A program made the translations under genes and the position numbers. From Burkholderiales bacterium (GTDB lineage: Bacteria > Pseudomonadota > Gammaproteobacteria > Burkholderiales > Eutrophovitaceae), in assembly GCA_050050435.1 (NCBI GenBank), contig JASFUE010000003.1, positions 1 to 34,115 of the forward strand: a stretch of 34,115 nt of DNA, in the 5' to 3' direction. Position 1 is the first letter of the stretch. Each line of letters begins with the position of its first letter. Shown here one piece after another: positions 27,114 to 34,115 of this stretch. Under the pieces are notes generated by a model that ran no database searches, was not told the DNA's origin, and was given only the letters and a program-made list of their open reading frames with translations.

Positions 27114-27845
27114 ATGCGCAAATGGATTCTCGCAGTATTTTTCGCTTTGCTCAGCGTGCCGGCGTTCGCGGCCGGAAAGCTTGCCGGGGTGGATATTATC
27201 GATGCACAGTCCGGACAACGCCTTCCGGTCTACCACAGCCATGGTCGGCATTACGTAGCCGGGGTGCCCGGAAGGGAATATTCGATACGAATCAGGAGCC
27301 GGGTCTACACGGATCTGCTGGCGGTGGTCTCCGTCGACGGCGTCAACGTGGTGACAGGCGAGACGGCGGGGGTGGACCAGGGTGGTTACATTTTGCGCCG
27401 GCACCAGCGATTCGATATCCGGGGCTGGCGCAAATCGCTCGAACAGGTCGCATCGTTCTACTTTGCCAGCCTCGACGAATCCTATGCAGCGCGCACTGGC
27501 CGCCCCGACAATGTCGGAGTAATCGGGGTCGCACTGTTCAGACCACGGGTGCAGCCGCTTTATGAGGATGGATTCGGCGCCTCTGAAGAGCCAGCGGCCC
27601 CGGGCGCCCGTAGCTCGGAACAACAGGCAGACAGCGCGGCACGCCTAGGCACGGGCCATGGGCGGCGGCTGGGTTCGGTGGTTCGTTATGGCCAATTCGA
27701 GCGTGCTTCGGAGCGGCCCGACGAAATTGTCACTATCTATTACGATAGTTACGCCAATCTTGTCGCCCGCGGTGTTATCCCGGGGGCCAGCCCCGGACCC
27801 CGGGCATTCCCCAATGGTTTCGTGGCCGACCCGCCAAACGGGTGA
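27114..27845 (+). CDS. Conserved hypothetical exported protein (243 aa), first gene of the ECF module
   Basis: GGAGG RBS; signal peptide MRKWILAVFFALLSVPAFA; beta-rich core with VSVDGVNVVTG, GWRKS, SYAARTGRPDNVGVIGVALF and LGTGHG. Confidence 0.82.
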   Translation: MRKWILAVFFALLSVPAFAAGKLAGVDIIDAQSGQRLPVYHSHGRHYVAGVPGREYSIRIRSRVYTDLLAVVSVDGVNVVTGETAGVDQGGYILRRHQRFDIRGWRKSLEQVASFYFASLDESYAARTGRPDNVGVIGVALFRPRVQPLYEDGFGASEEPAAPGARSSEQQADSAARLGTGHGRRLGSVVRYGQFERASERPDEIVTIYYDSYANLVARGVIPGASPGPRAFPNGFVADPPNG

Positions 27846-27907
27846 TCCAGGCCCGGCCCCGGTGCGGATCGGGAAGGTTCGCCGCCAAAACCGCTAGACT
27901 AGCGGGG

Positions 27908-28459
27908 ATGTCGGCGAACGATACCGATGAAGCATTGATGATCGCGTACTGCAATGGCGATGCCGAGGCATTCGCGCGGTTGTATGACCGTCACCGTGGG
28001 GCGCTCTACCGGTTCATACGGCGCCAGTGCGCCATGGCGGTGGCCGATGAGCTGTTCCAGGACGTCTGGACCCGGCTCATCGTTGCCCGCCGCTACTATG
28101 AGCCGACCGCCAGGTTTTCAACCTATCTCTACCAGGTGGCGCGTAACCGGCTCATTGACCACTACCGTTCCAGTGGGCGCAGCCTGGAGGACGCCAGCGG
28201 TGATGATCCCCCGGAAGCCCCCGCGGCCATTGGCCAACAGCCGGAAAACGCTGTGCAGACGCGGCAGCAGGCGTCGCGACTGCTGAGCTTGATCGAAGCA
28301 TTGCCGCCGGCGCAGAGGGAAGCCTTTCTGCTGCATGAAGAAGCCGGGTTCACGCTGGCCGAAATCGGCGAAATCACCGGCGTTGGCCGTGAAACGGTGA
28401 AAAGTCGCTTGCGATATGCGTTGGCGAGCCTGCGGCAGGGGATGGAAGAATGGTTGTGA
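27908..28459 (+). CDS. ECF RNA polymerase sigma factor (183 aa)
   Basis: Region 2 (GDAEAFARLYDRH, ADELFQDVW, FSTYLYQVARNRLIDHYR) and region 4 (LPPAQREAFLL...ETVKSRLRYA). Confidence 0.94.
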   Translation: MSANDTDEALMIAYCNGDAEAFARLYDRHRGALYRFIRRQCAMAVADELFQDVWTRLIVARRYYEPTARFSTYLYQVARNRLIDHYRSSGRSLEDASGDDPPEAPAAIGQQPENAVQTRQQASRLLSLIEALPPAQREAFLLHEEAGFTLAEIGEITGVGRETVKSRLRYALASLRQGMEEWL

Positions 28460-28487
28460 CGGTAACGGCTGCAAACAGGAGAGCGAT

Positions 28488-29729
28488 GTGAGCGAGCGTC
28501 CGAGCGACGACGAGCAATTGCAGGCATTCCTTTCGGGCGACTCTGCAATATCCCGGCGCTACCGTGAATCCAGCGCCGACAAACCGCCTGCGCACGTTGA
28601 TGCCGCGATCCTGGCTACATCCAGATGGGCAATCGGCGCTGACAGAGAACCGGCTGCTGATACAAGACCGGCCGCAGCCAGAGAAACCGGCGCCGACGGT
28701 GATCAGCCTGCTGTTGCCCGTGAGGTGCGCACGGCCCGCACCAGCCGGCGGCCGCGTCGCAGTTTCTTCATGCAATGGGGTATTCCGCTGGGCACAGCCG
28801 CTGTGGTGGTCGTGGCCGCTACGCTGACGCTGTTGGTCGAGCGTGACCCGGAGTTGCAACGTATTCGCGATGATTACGACGCGGCGCCAATGGATCAGCA
28901 CGGCGGAAGTGAAGGGTCCGTCGTCGCGCAAGCCGAACCCGAGGCGGCCGAAACGCCTGCGGTTGAGCCCAAAGTGGCGGAATCGAAGGTGGCCGAACCG
29001 GCGGCCAGGGTGAAAGCCACGCCACCGGCGCCGGCGAAACCGGCCGTAAAAAAATCAGCCGAAGCGAAACCGGCGGCTCCGCCTCGATCCGAAAAGGTTC
29101 AGTCGAAACCGGCACCGCCCAAGCCCGCGACGCAACAGTCCGCTGCAGCGAGCGAGGAAACTGAGGTGGTGGCGCAACAGGCTGCCACCGTTGGCACGGT
29201 TGCGAGCCAGAGCAGCGAAGCGCGGCAGCCCGATCGAGCTGTCGACGAGCCGGTTGCACGACAGTTATCCGAGCCGGCCGAAGTCAATGTCGCGCCCGGA
29301 CCTGGCCGCACGGAGAAGACGGAACAGGCCTTTTCCGACGCTGGCAGTGTGGAAGTCCAATCCGCCGACGATGCCGCTGTAGAGGAGCTTGCCGCAGCGA
29401 AAGACCAGGCAGTGCAGGCCGATTCGGATGCTCAGTCACAACAACAGGCCTTTCCGGGCTTGACGACATCCGTCCCCCAGCCGGCGTTTACGCAAACACC
29501 GCAGGTTGCTTCGCAGGCCGCCGGTGAAACCGGCGCGCCGGCCTCGCTTGCGGTGGATGCGTTGCAGGACCCGCAGGAATGGCTCGACGATATCGAGGAC
29601 TTGCTCGCACAGAACAAGCGCACGGAAGCGATCGATTCGCTGAAAGCATTTCGCCGGAAATACCCGGATTACGAGTTGCCGCCGCGGCTGCGCGATCTGC
29701 TGCCGGCAGACACTGACAGTACCGAATGA
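28488..29729 (+). CDS. Putative single-pass anti-sigma factor (413 aa)
   Basis: AGGAG RBS before the GTG; cytoplasmic N-domain (YRES...PPAHVDAAIL); one TM helix (WGIPLGTAAVVVVAATLTLLV); long A/P/E/K/Q low-complexity linker; C-terminal helical domain; lies directly after the sigma gene. Confidence 0.75.
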   Translation: MSERPSDDEQLQAFLSGDSAISRRYRESSADKPPAHVDAAILATSRWAIGADREPAADTRPAAARETGADGDQPAVAREVRTARTSRRPRRSFFMQWGIPLGTAAVVVVAATLTLLVERDPELQRIRDDYDAAPMDQHGGSEGSVVAQAEPEAAETPAVEPKVAESKVAEPAARVKATPPAPAKPAVKKSAEAKPAAPPRSEKVQSKPAPPKPATQQSAAASEETEVVAQQAATVGTVASQSSEARQPDRAVDEPVARQLSEPAEVNVAPGPGRTEKTEQAFSDAGSVEVQSADDAAVEELAAAKDQAVQADSDAQSQQQAFPGLTTSVPQPAFTQTPQVASQAAGETGAPASLAVDALQDPQEWLDDIEDLLAQNKRTEAIDSLKAFRRKYPDYELPPRLRDLLPADTDSTE

Positions 29730-29752
29730 CTTTTTGGCAATACGTCGTGCCC

Positions 29753-29783
29753 GAACCCGCTTGCCGGCAGGCAGGTAGGGTTC
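29753..29783. terminator. Hairpin between convergent genes (possible bidirectional terminator or REP-like palindrome)
   Basis: gaacccgcttgcc-ggca-ggcaggtagggttc forms about 13 bp with one bulge; no adjacent U-tract. Confidence 0.45.
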
Positions 29784-29797
29784 CCGCATCGATTGAA

Positions 29798-30472
29798 CTA
29801 CTTGCCGGGCTTGCGCTTCAGGGCAAGCGTTAGCCCATCACCGATTGGCAGCATGGATATATCGACACGGTGGTCGGCCAGCACCAGCGCGTTGATTTCG
29901 CGAATGGCTTTCGTATCCTCGCTTTGGTCGGTTTCATTGACGACATTGCCGTTCCACAACGTGTTATCGATCGCGATCAGCCCGCCGGGACGCAGCAACG
30001 CCAGCGCGCGTTCGTAATATGCCTTGTAGCCGGTCTTGTCGGCATCGATGAATGCGAAATCGAAACTGTCGGCAAGGTCGTTTTCAAGCATGGTGTCCAG
30101 CGTTTCGATTGCCGGTGCCAGGCGCAATTCGATCTTGTGATCGACATCGGCCTCCTTCCAGTAACGTTTCGCGACGCTGGTCCATTCCTCACTGATATCA
30201 CAGGCGATAATGCGCCCGTCATCGGGCATTGCCATTGCCACACTCAGACTCGAGTAGCCGGTAAACACGCCGATCTCGATTGCGCGGCGAATACCAAGCG
30301 CCCTGACCAGCAAGCGCATGAACTGCCCCTGCTCGGGACAGATCTGCATGCCTGACATCGGCAAGGTTGCGGTTTCCTGGCGCAACCGCGCCAGTACGTC
30401 AGGCTCGCGCAGCGACGCCTTTTGCATGTAGGCGTAGAGCTCGTCGGACATCGTTGTTGTCTTGCTGGACAT
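29798..30472 (-). CDS. Class I SAM-dependent O-methyltransferase (caffeoyl-CoA OMT-like, 224 aa)
   Basis: IEIGVFTGYS, FDFAFIDADK and GGLIAIDNTLW motifs; start reassigned to ATG 30472. Confidence 0.92.
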   Translation of the reverse strand: MSSKTTTMSDELYAYMQKASLREPDVLARLRQETATLPMSGMQICPEQGQFMRLLVRALGIRRAIEIGVFTGYSSLSVAMAMPDDGRIIACDISEEWTSVAKRYWKEADVDHKIELRLAPAIETLDTMLENDLADSFDFAFIDADKTGYKAYYERALALLRPGGLIAIDNTLWNGNVVNETDQSEDTKAIREINALVLADHRVDISMLPIGDGLTLALKRKPGK

Positions 30473-30506
30473 GTTCGGTATTAATGCGGGTCTGGACGGA
30501 AGCTTG

Positions 30507-31424
30507 TTATGGTAACGGCATTTCAACAGCAGCTGCCCGGGGAATGCGTTCACGGCGCCAGGCGTTGACAGCCCATTGCATGGCTTCTGCCGCCGGCCAG
30601 CGTGCCAGTTCCGGCGGCGGTTCTTGTCCCAGGAAGCGTAACACCGCGTGGATGCTTTGGGCGGCGCGTGCTGTCTCCACCGCTGTCGCCCCGGTCTGCT
30701 TCGACAACTTCTCGCCGCGTTCGTTGGTGGCAACCGGCAGGTGCAGGTAGGACGGCGTTGGCAGGTCGAGCAGGTGTTGGAGATGGATCTGCCGCGGGGT
30801 CGAATCAATCAGGTCGGCACCACGAACCACATGGGTTATGCCCTGATGCCCGTCGCCGACGACACAGGTCAGGTGGTAGGAAAAAATGCCATCAGCCCGG
30901 TAGACGATGAAATCACCGATCTGCGCAGCCAGATCCTGCTGCACGTGTCCCTGCAGCAGGTCATCAAATCCGATTGTGGTGCCGTCTTCAATTCGCAGAC
31001 GCAGTGATCGGCCGTTTTTGCCAGGTGGCAGGCCGTTGCGGCAGGTGCCGGGATAGACCGGGCCTTCGAGGCCGGGCCAGCCCGCCTTGCCAATATCGCG
31101 CCGGCTGCAGGCGCAGGCGAACAACCGGCCACTTGCGCGCAAGGCGTGCAGTGCGTTGTGAAAGGCCTCGCGATTGCGGCTTTCGTAAACCGGCTGTCCA
31201 TCCCATTCAAGAGAGAATGCTTCCAGCGTGCGCAGAATCAGGTCGGCCGCACCGCTGACGACCCGTGGCGTATCGATGTCGTCGATCCGCACTTGCCACT
31301 GCCCGCCGTAGGCGCGGGCGTCGCAGTAGCTGCCGATGGCAGCGGTCATGGAGCCGAAATGCAACGGACCAGACGGCGTCGGTGCGAACCGTCCACGGTA
31401 ACCATGGGTCGTGTCCGGATTCAC
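30507..31424 (-). CDS. gluQ: Glutamyl-queuosine tRNA(Asp) synthetase (305 aa)
   Basis: GRFAPTPSGPLHFGS, CACSR...YPGTC zinc site, VRGADL and KLSKQ motifs; no anticodon-binding domain; GTG start overlapping the upstream stop. Confidence 0.93.
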   Translation of the reverse strand: MNPDTTHGYRGRFAPTPSGPLHFGSMTAAIGSYCDARAYGGQWQVRIDDIDTPRVVSGAADLILRTLEAFSLEWDGQPVYESRNREAFHNALHALRASGRLFACACSRRDIGKAGWPGLEGPVYPGTCRNGLPPGKNGRSLRLRIEDGTTIGFDDLLQGHVQQDLAAQIGDFIVYRADGIFSYHLTCVVGDGHQGITHVVRGADLIDSTPRQIHLQHLLDLPTPSYLHLPVATNERGEKLSKQTGATAVETARAAQSIHAVLRFLGQEPPPELARWPAAEAMQWAVNAWRRERIPRAAAVEMPLP

Positions 31425-31780
31425 GGCGAACGCTTGTCTGCGTGGCTGTGCCGCCCCAGTTCCCGTGCCAGATAAATGAGGCTGACAAACAGGATTACCG
31501 AAAGCGCGGTTTCGATTGCCGCCAGATGGTTCGACGGTGGCGAGTCGCTGAATGTGCGCACGACACCTTCCATGAAATAGGCGATGCACAGCAACGAGGC
31601 CCACTGACAGGTATAGCGATCGGCGCGCAGGATGCCCCGCAACGGGAACAGGAGCGGCAACGCCTTCAATACCATCCACGAGCCGCCCGGGCGTAACGGG
31701 GCAAGCACCGATTCCCATGCAACGCACAAGGCAAGCAGCAACAGCAGACTGGCAATTGCAGTGAGGTAGAGTGTGCGCAT
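31421..31780 (-). CDS. DUF2069-family membrane protein
   Basis: WESVLAPLRPGGSW..LKALPLLFPLRGIL...YTCQWAS...YFMEG pattern; usual position near wrbA. Confidence 0.85.
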   Translation of the reverse strand: MRTLYLTAIASLLLLLALCVAWESVLAPLRPGGSWMVLKALPLLFPLRGILRADRYTCQWASLLCIAYFMEGVVRTFSDSPPSNHLAAIETALSVILFVSLIYLARELGRHSHADKRSP

Positions 31781-32484
31781 CAGTTGCGAGCCGTGCGAGC
31801 GAGTGCGACCAGCGCGCCGCGCGCGCCAGTGGCTGTTGAGACTTGTGAGTCGAAGTCGAAACGGTAGAGCATGTCATCGGCGCGCACGTCGAAGCCGTCG
31901 CAGTCAATGCCGACCATTTCCACTGTGGCCGCCTGTATGCCGTGGACATGACGGCAGCATTCCAGAAGACTGTCGCGATGATCTGTATTCATGTGTTCGA
32001 TAATGCTGTCCTCGGCTTGCGCAATCGGCAGCTCCGGTGCCAGCAGTGATTTTCCGTTGACCCAGTGTGCGCTGCCAAATCCGGCGATCAGTCGCGCATG
32101 CTCCGGCTCGATGACATAAAAACGAAAGCCGCCAATGTCGAGAAAATCGCGGTTATCCGGAAAGAAGCGCAGATACCGCCTGGCGATGGCAGGTTCGTCG
32201 CAAACGCCGATTGTTCCCAATACCGTTGCGCGTGCCTCTGGGCGCAGTGCCGGTACCATCGGAGAAGCGGTGAACGATACCTTCGGGTCTTGCCCGATTG
32301 CTTTCGTGTGCTCGGACAGGTGGCTGATGAACACGATCACGCGCCCTTGTTGATCGGTGCAACAGGGTAGTGCGGCGGTATAGGGATAATCGGCAAAGCG
32401 CACGCCGCACGTGCCAAGTACGCCCGTGTAAAAATGGCGCAGTAGCCGTCTCGTCTCGACTGCGCGGTTTGATGTATTCGTCAT
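31780..32484 (-). CDS. HugZ-like split-barrel (pyridoxamine 5'-phosphate oxidase-like) protein with C-terminal DUF2470-like domain (234 aa)
   Basis: ISHLSEHTKAI, LIAGFGSAHWV and IIEHMNTDH...GIDCDGFD motifs; ATGA overlap with wrbA. Confidence 0.85.
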   Translation of the reverse strand: MTNTSNRAVETRRLLRHFYTGVLGTCGVRFADYPYTAALPCCTDQQGRVIVFISHLSEHTKAIGQDPKVSFTASPMVPALRPEARATVLGTIGVCDEPAIARRYLRFFPDNRDFLDIGGFRFYVIEPEHARLIAGFGSAHWVNGKSLLAPELPIAQAEDSIIEHMNTDHRDSLLECCRHVHGIQAATVEMVGIDCDGFDVRADDMLYRFDFDSQVSTATGARGALVALARTARN

Positions 32485-33074
32485 GCCGCCAGTTTGCGGG
32501 CGATGTTGGCGAGCTGGCGACCGTGCGCGATACACAGCTTGCGCTCATCATCGCTGAGCGGCTGGTCATTGTTGACGCCGGCGACATGACTTGCGCCGTA
32601 CGGTGTGCCGCCGGTGCGAGTGGAAAACAGTTCTGCTGCCGTGTAGGGCAGGCTCACGATGACCATGCCGTGGTGCATCAGCGGCAGCATCATCGACAAC
32701 AGCGTGGATTCCTGGCCACCGTGCATGCTCGAGGAAGCGGTAAACACCGCCCCCGGCTTACCCGCCATTGTGCCGCTCAGCCACTGGGTACCGAGCCCGT
32801 CGAGAAAATATTTCATCGGTGCTGCCATGTTGCCGAACCGGGTGGGACTGCCCAGCGCCAACCCGGCGCAATCCTCGAGGTCCTTTTGTTCGACATAAGG
32901 TGCGCCGTCGTCGGGAATGCCGGGCGCGACGGCTTCGGCCACCGTCGATACCGGCGGCACCGTGCGCAGGCGCGCATTCATACCTTCGACTGTTTCGATA
33001 CCACGGCCAAGAAGTTGCGCCATCTGCCTGACGCTGCCGTTGCGTGAATAATAGAGAACAAGAATATCGGGCAT
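32481..33074 (-). CDS. wrbA: NAD(P)H:quinone oxidoreductase, flavodoxin-like (197 aa)
   Basis: LVLYYSRNG, LGSPTRFGNM, HGGQESTL and GGTPYGAS motifs; GGAG RBS before ATG 33074. Confidence 0.94.
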   Translation of the reverse strand: MPDILVLYYSRNGSVRQMAQLLGRGIETVEGMNARLRTVPPVSTVAEAVAPGIPDDGAPYVEQKDLEDCAGLALGSPTRFGNMAAPMKYFLDGLGTQWLSGTMAGKPGAVFTASSSMHGGQESTLLSMMLPLMHHGMVIVSLPYTAAELFSTRTGGTPYGASHVAGVNNDQPLSDDERKLCIAHGRQLANIARKLAA

Positions 33075-33133
33075 GAGTTTAGCTTCTCTCCAACGGTCCG
33101 ACGTTACCACACGCCACGTTCCGCAGCCTCTCC

Positions 33134-34115
33134 ATGAGTACTAAAACGACATCAGAAGCCAGGTCAGGTTCCGGTCAGGCAAATACGGGCAGCTCGCGGA
33201 AAAAGTCGCATATGAGTATTGGCCGGCAGTTCTACTTGCTGATCAATTTCGTGTCGCTCGTCTATTCGAGATTTCGTGAAGAACGTTGTTTTCAGTTGTG
33301 TGGCAGTCTGACGTTTACCACGCTGCTCGCGCTGGTTCCGCTCGTCACCATTGCGTTGATGTTCATGACAGCCTTCCCGGTTTTCCAGGCACTGTCCGAA
33401 CAACTGCGCGAATTTGTGCTGGGTAATCTGGTGCCGCAGGCTGGCAGCAAGGTGATCTCGGTCTACGTACAACAATTCTCATCCAACGCGGCCCGGCTGA
33501 CCGCGGCAGGAGTGAGCGTACTCGTCGTCTCGGCGATCATGTTGATGCTCACCATCGACCGCGCATTCAATACCATCTGGCGAGTCAAGAGACCGCGGCC
33601 GCTGGTGCAGCGGGTACTAATTTACTGGTCGTTGCTTACGGTTGGTCCCTTGCTTATGGGTGGAAGCCTGACGCTGTGGTCGTGGCTGGTGAAATTGTCC
33701 AACAACGCCAGCGGGGTGGTTCCCGTGGTGGCGATTGAAATGCTCAAAGTGGTGCCGCTTGCGCTGACCGCGCTGGCGTTTGGCCTGCTTTACCGGCTCG
33801 TGCCCAACCGGCAGGTGTCTGCGATCGATGCTGCCATCGGCGGCATCTTCGCAGCTGTGTTCTTTGAGGCGATGAAGTACGGGTTTGGCCAGTTCATCTC
33901 CAACTTCAGCAGCTACAAACTGGTTTATGGCGCGTTTGCCAGTGTGCCGATTTTTCTGTTGTGGATCTACGCCTCCTGGGTAGTGGTCATTTTCGCAGCC
34001 GTGATTACCTCCGGCCTGTCCTACTGGCGTACCGGTGGTGTCAAGAACCCGGGACCGCCCGGATCGCTCTTTGTCGACGCGCTTGAAACCATCGTGTTGC
34101 TGGCCAAGGCCCACG
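33134..34115 (+). CDS. yihY: YihY/BrkB-family inner membrane protein (3' end runs off the window)
   Basis: Not in the ORF track. Manual translation gives ...RFREERCFQLCGSLTFTTLLALVPL...IDRAFNTIW...YWSLLTVGP...YGAFASVPIFLLWIY. Start is ATG 33134 or 33212. Confidence 0.9.
   Translation, partial: MSTKTTSEARSGSGQANTGSSRKKSHMSIGRQFYLLINFVSLVYSRFREERCFQLCGSLTFTTLLALVPLVTIALMFMTAFPVFQALSEQLREFVLGNLVPQAGSKVISVYVQQFSSNAARLTAAGVSVLVVSAIMLMLTIDRAFNTIWRVKRPRPLVQRVLIYWSLLTVGPLLMGGSLTLWSWLVKLSNNASGVVPVVAIEMLKVVPLALTALAFGLLYRLVPNRQVSAIDAAIGGIFAAVFFEAMKYGFGQFISNFSSYKLVYGAFASVPIFLLWIYASWVVVIFAAVITSGLSYWRTGGVKNPGPPGSLFVDALETIVLLAKAH

Noticed and set aside
28930-29140. TonB-like protein or DNA repeat in the Pro/Lys/Ala-rich stretch
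   Set aside because: There is no TonB C-terminal domain. The short repeats (KVAESKVAEP, AKPA) are protein-level low complexity within the anti-sigma linker.
30473-31949. Long N-terminal extensions of the O-methyltransferase (to 30808) and GluQ (to 31949), suggesting fusions or overlapping genes
   Set aside because: The extensions overlap other real genes, and the family motifs begin only at 30472 and 31424.

Overview
A gene-dense bacterial chromosomal window of about 60% GC (estimated by eye), most consistent with a betaproteobacterium (inference from gene content and synteny). No rRNA, tRNA, CRISPR array, transposase or integrase was recognised. From left to right it holds: (1) a minus-strand Mrp/Mnh Na+/H+ antiporter operon (E-F-G-DUF4040-B-C-D, truncated at the window edge); (2) a divergent TRAP transporter (dctPQM) followed by a D-2-hydroxyacid dehydrogenase and an amidase; (3) yrbG, hrpA, an orphan TfpX/TfpZ-type pilin accessory gene and iorAB; (4) small Cys-rich exported proteins around a CBS gene, then pxpBCA; (5) a repeat-flanked outer-membrane barrel gene, yceI and a CinA-N-like gene; (6) a three-gene ECF sigma module (exported protein, sigma, anti-sigma); (7) a minus-strand wrbA/HugZ-like/DUF2069/gluQ/O-methyltransferase run; and (8) a partial yihY. 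The best leads are the uncharacterised ECF module, a dispersed 15-16 bp tandem-repeat family, a TPP-riboswitch-like structured leader before iorA, a Tat-lipoprotein TRAP binding protein, and the small disulfide-rich exported proteins. All family calls come from motif recognition only; no searches were run.
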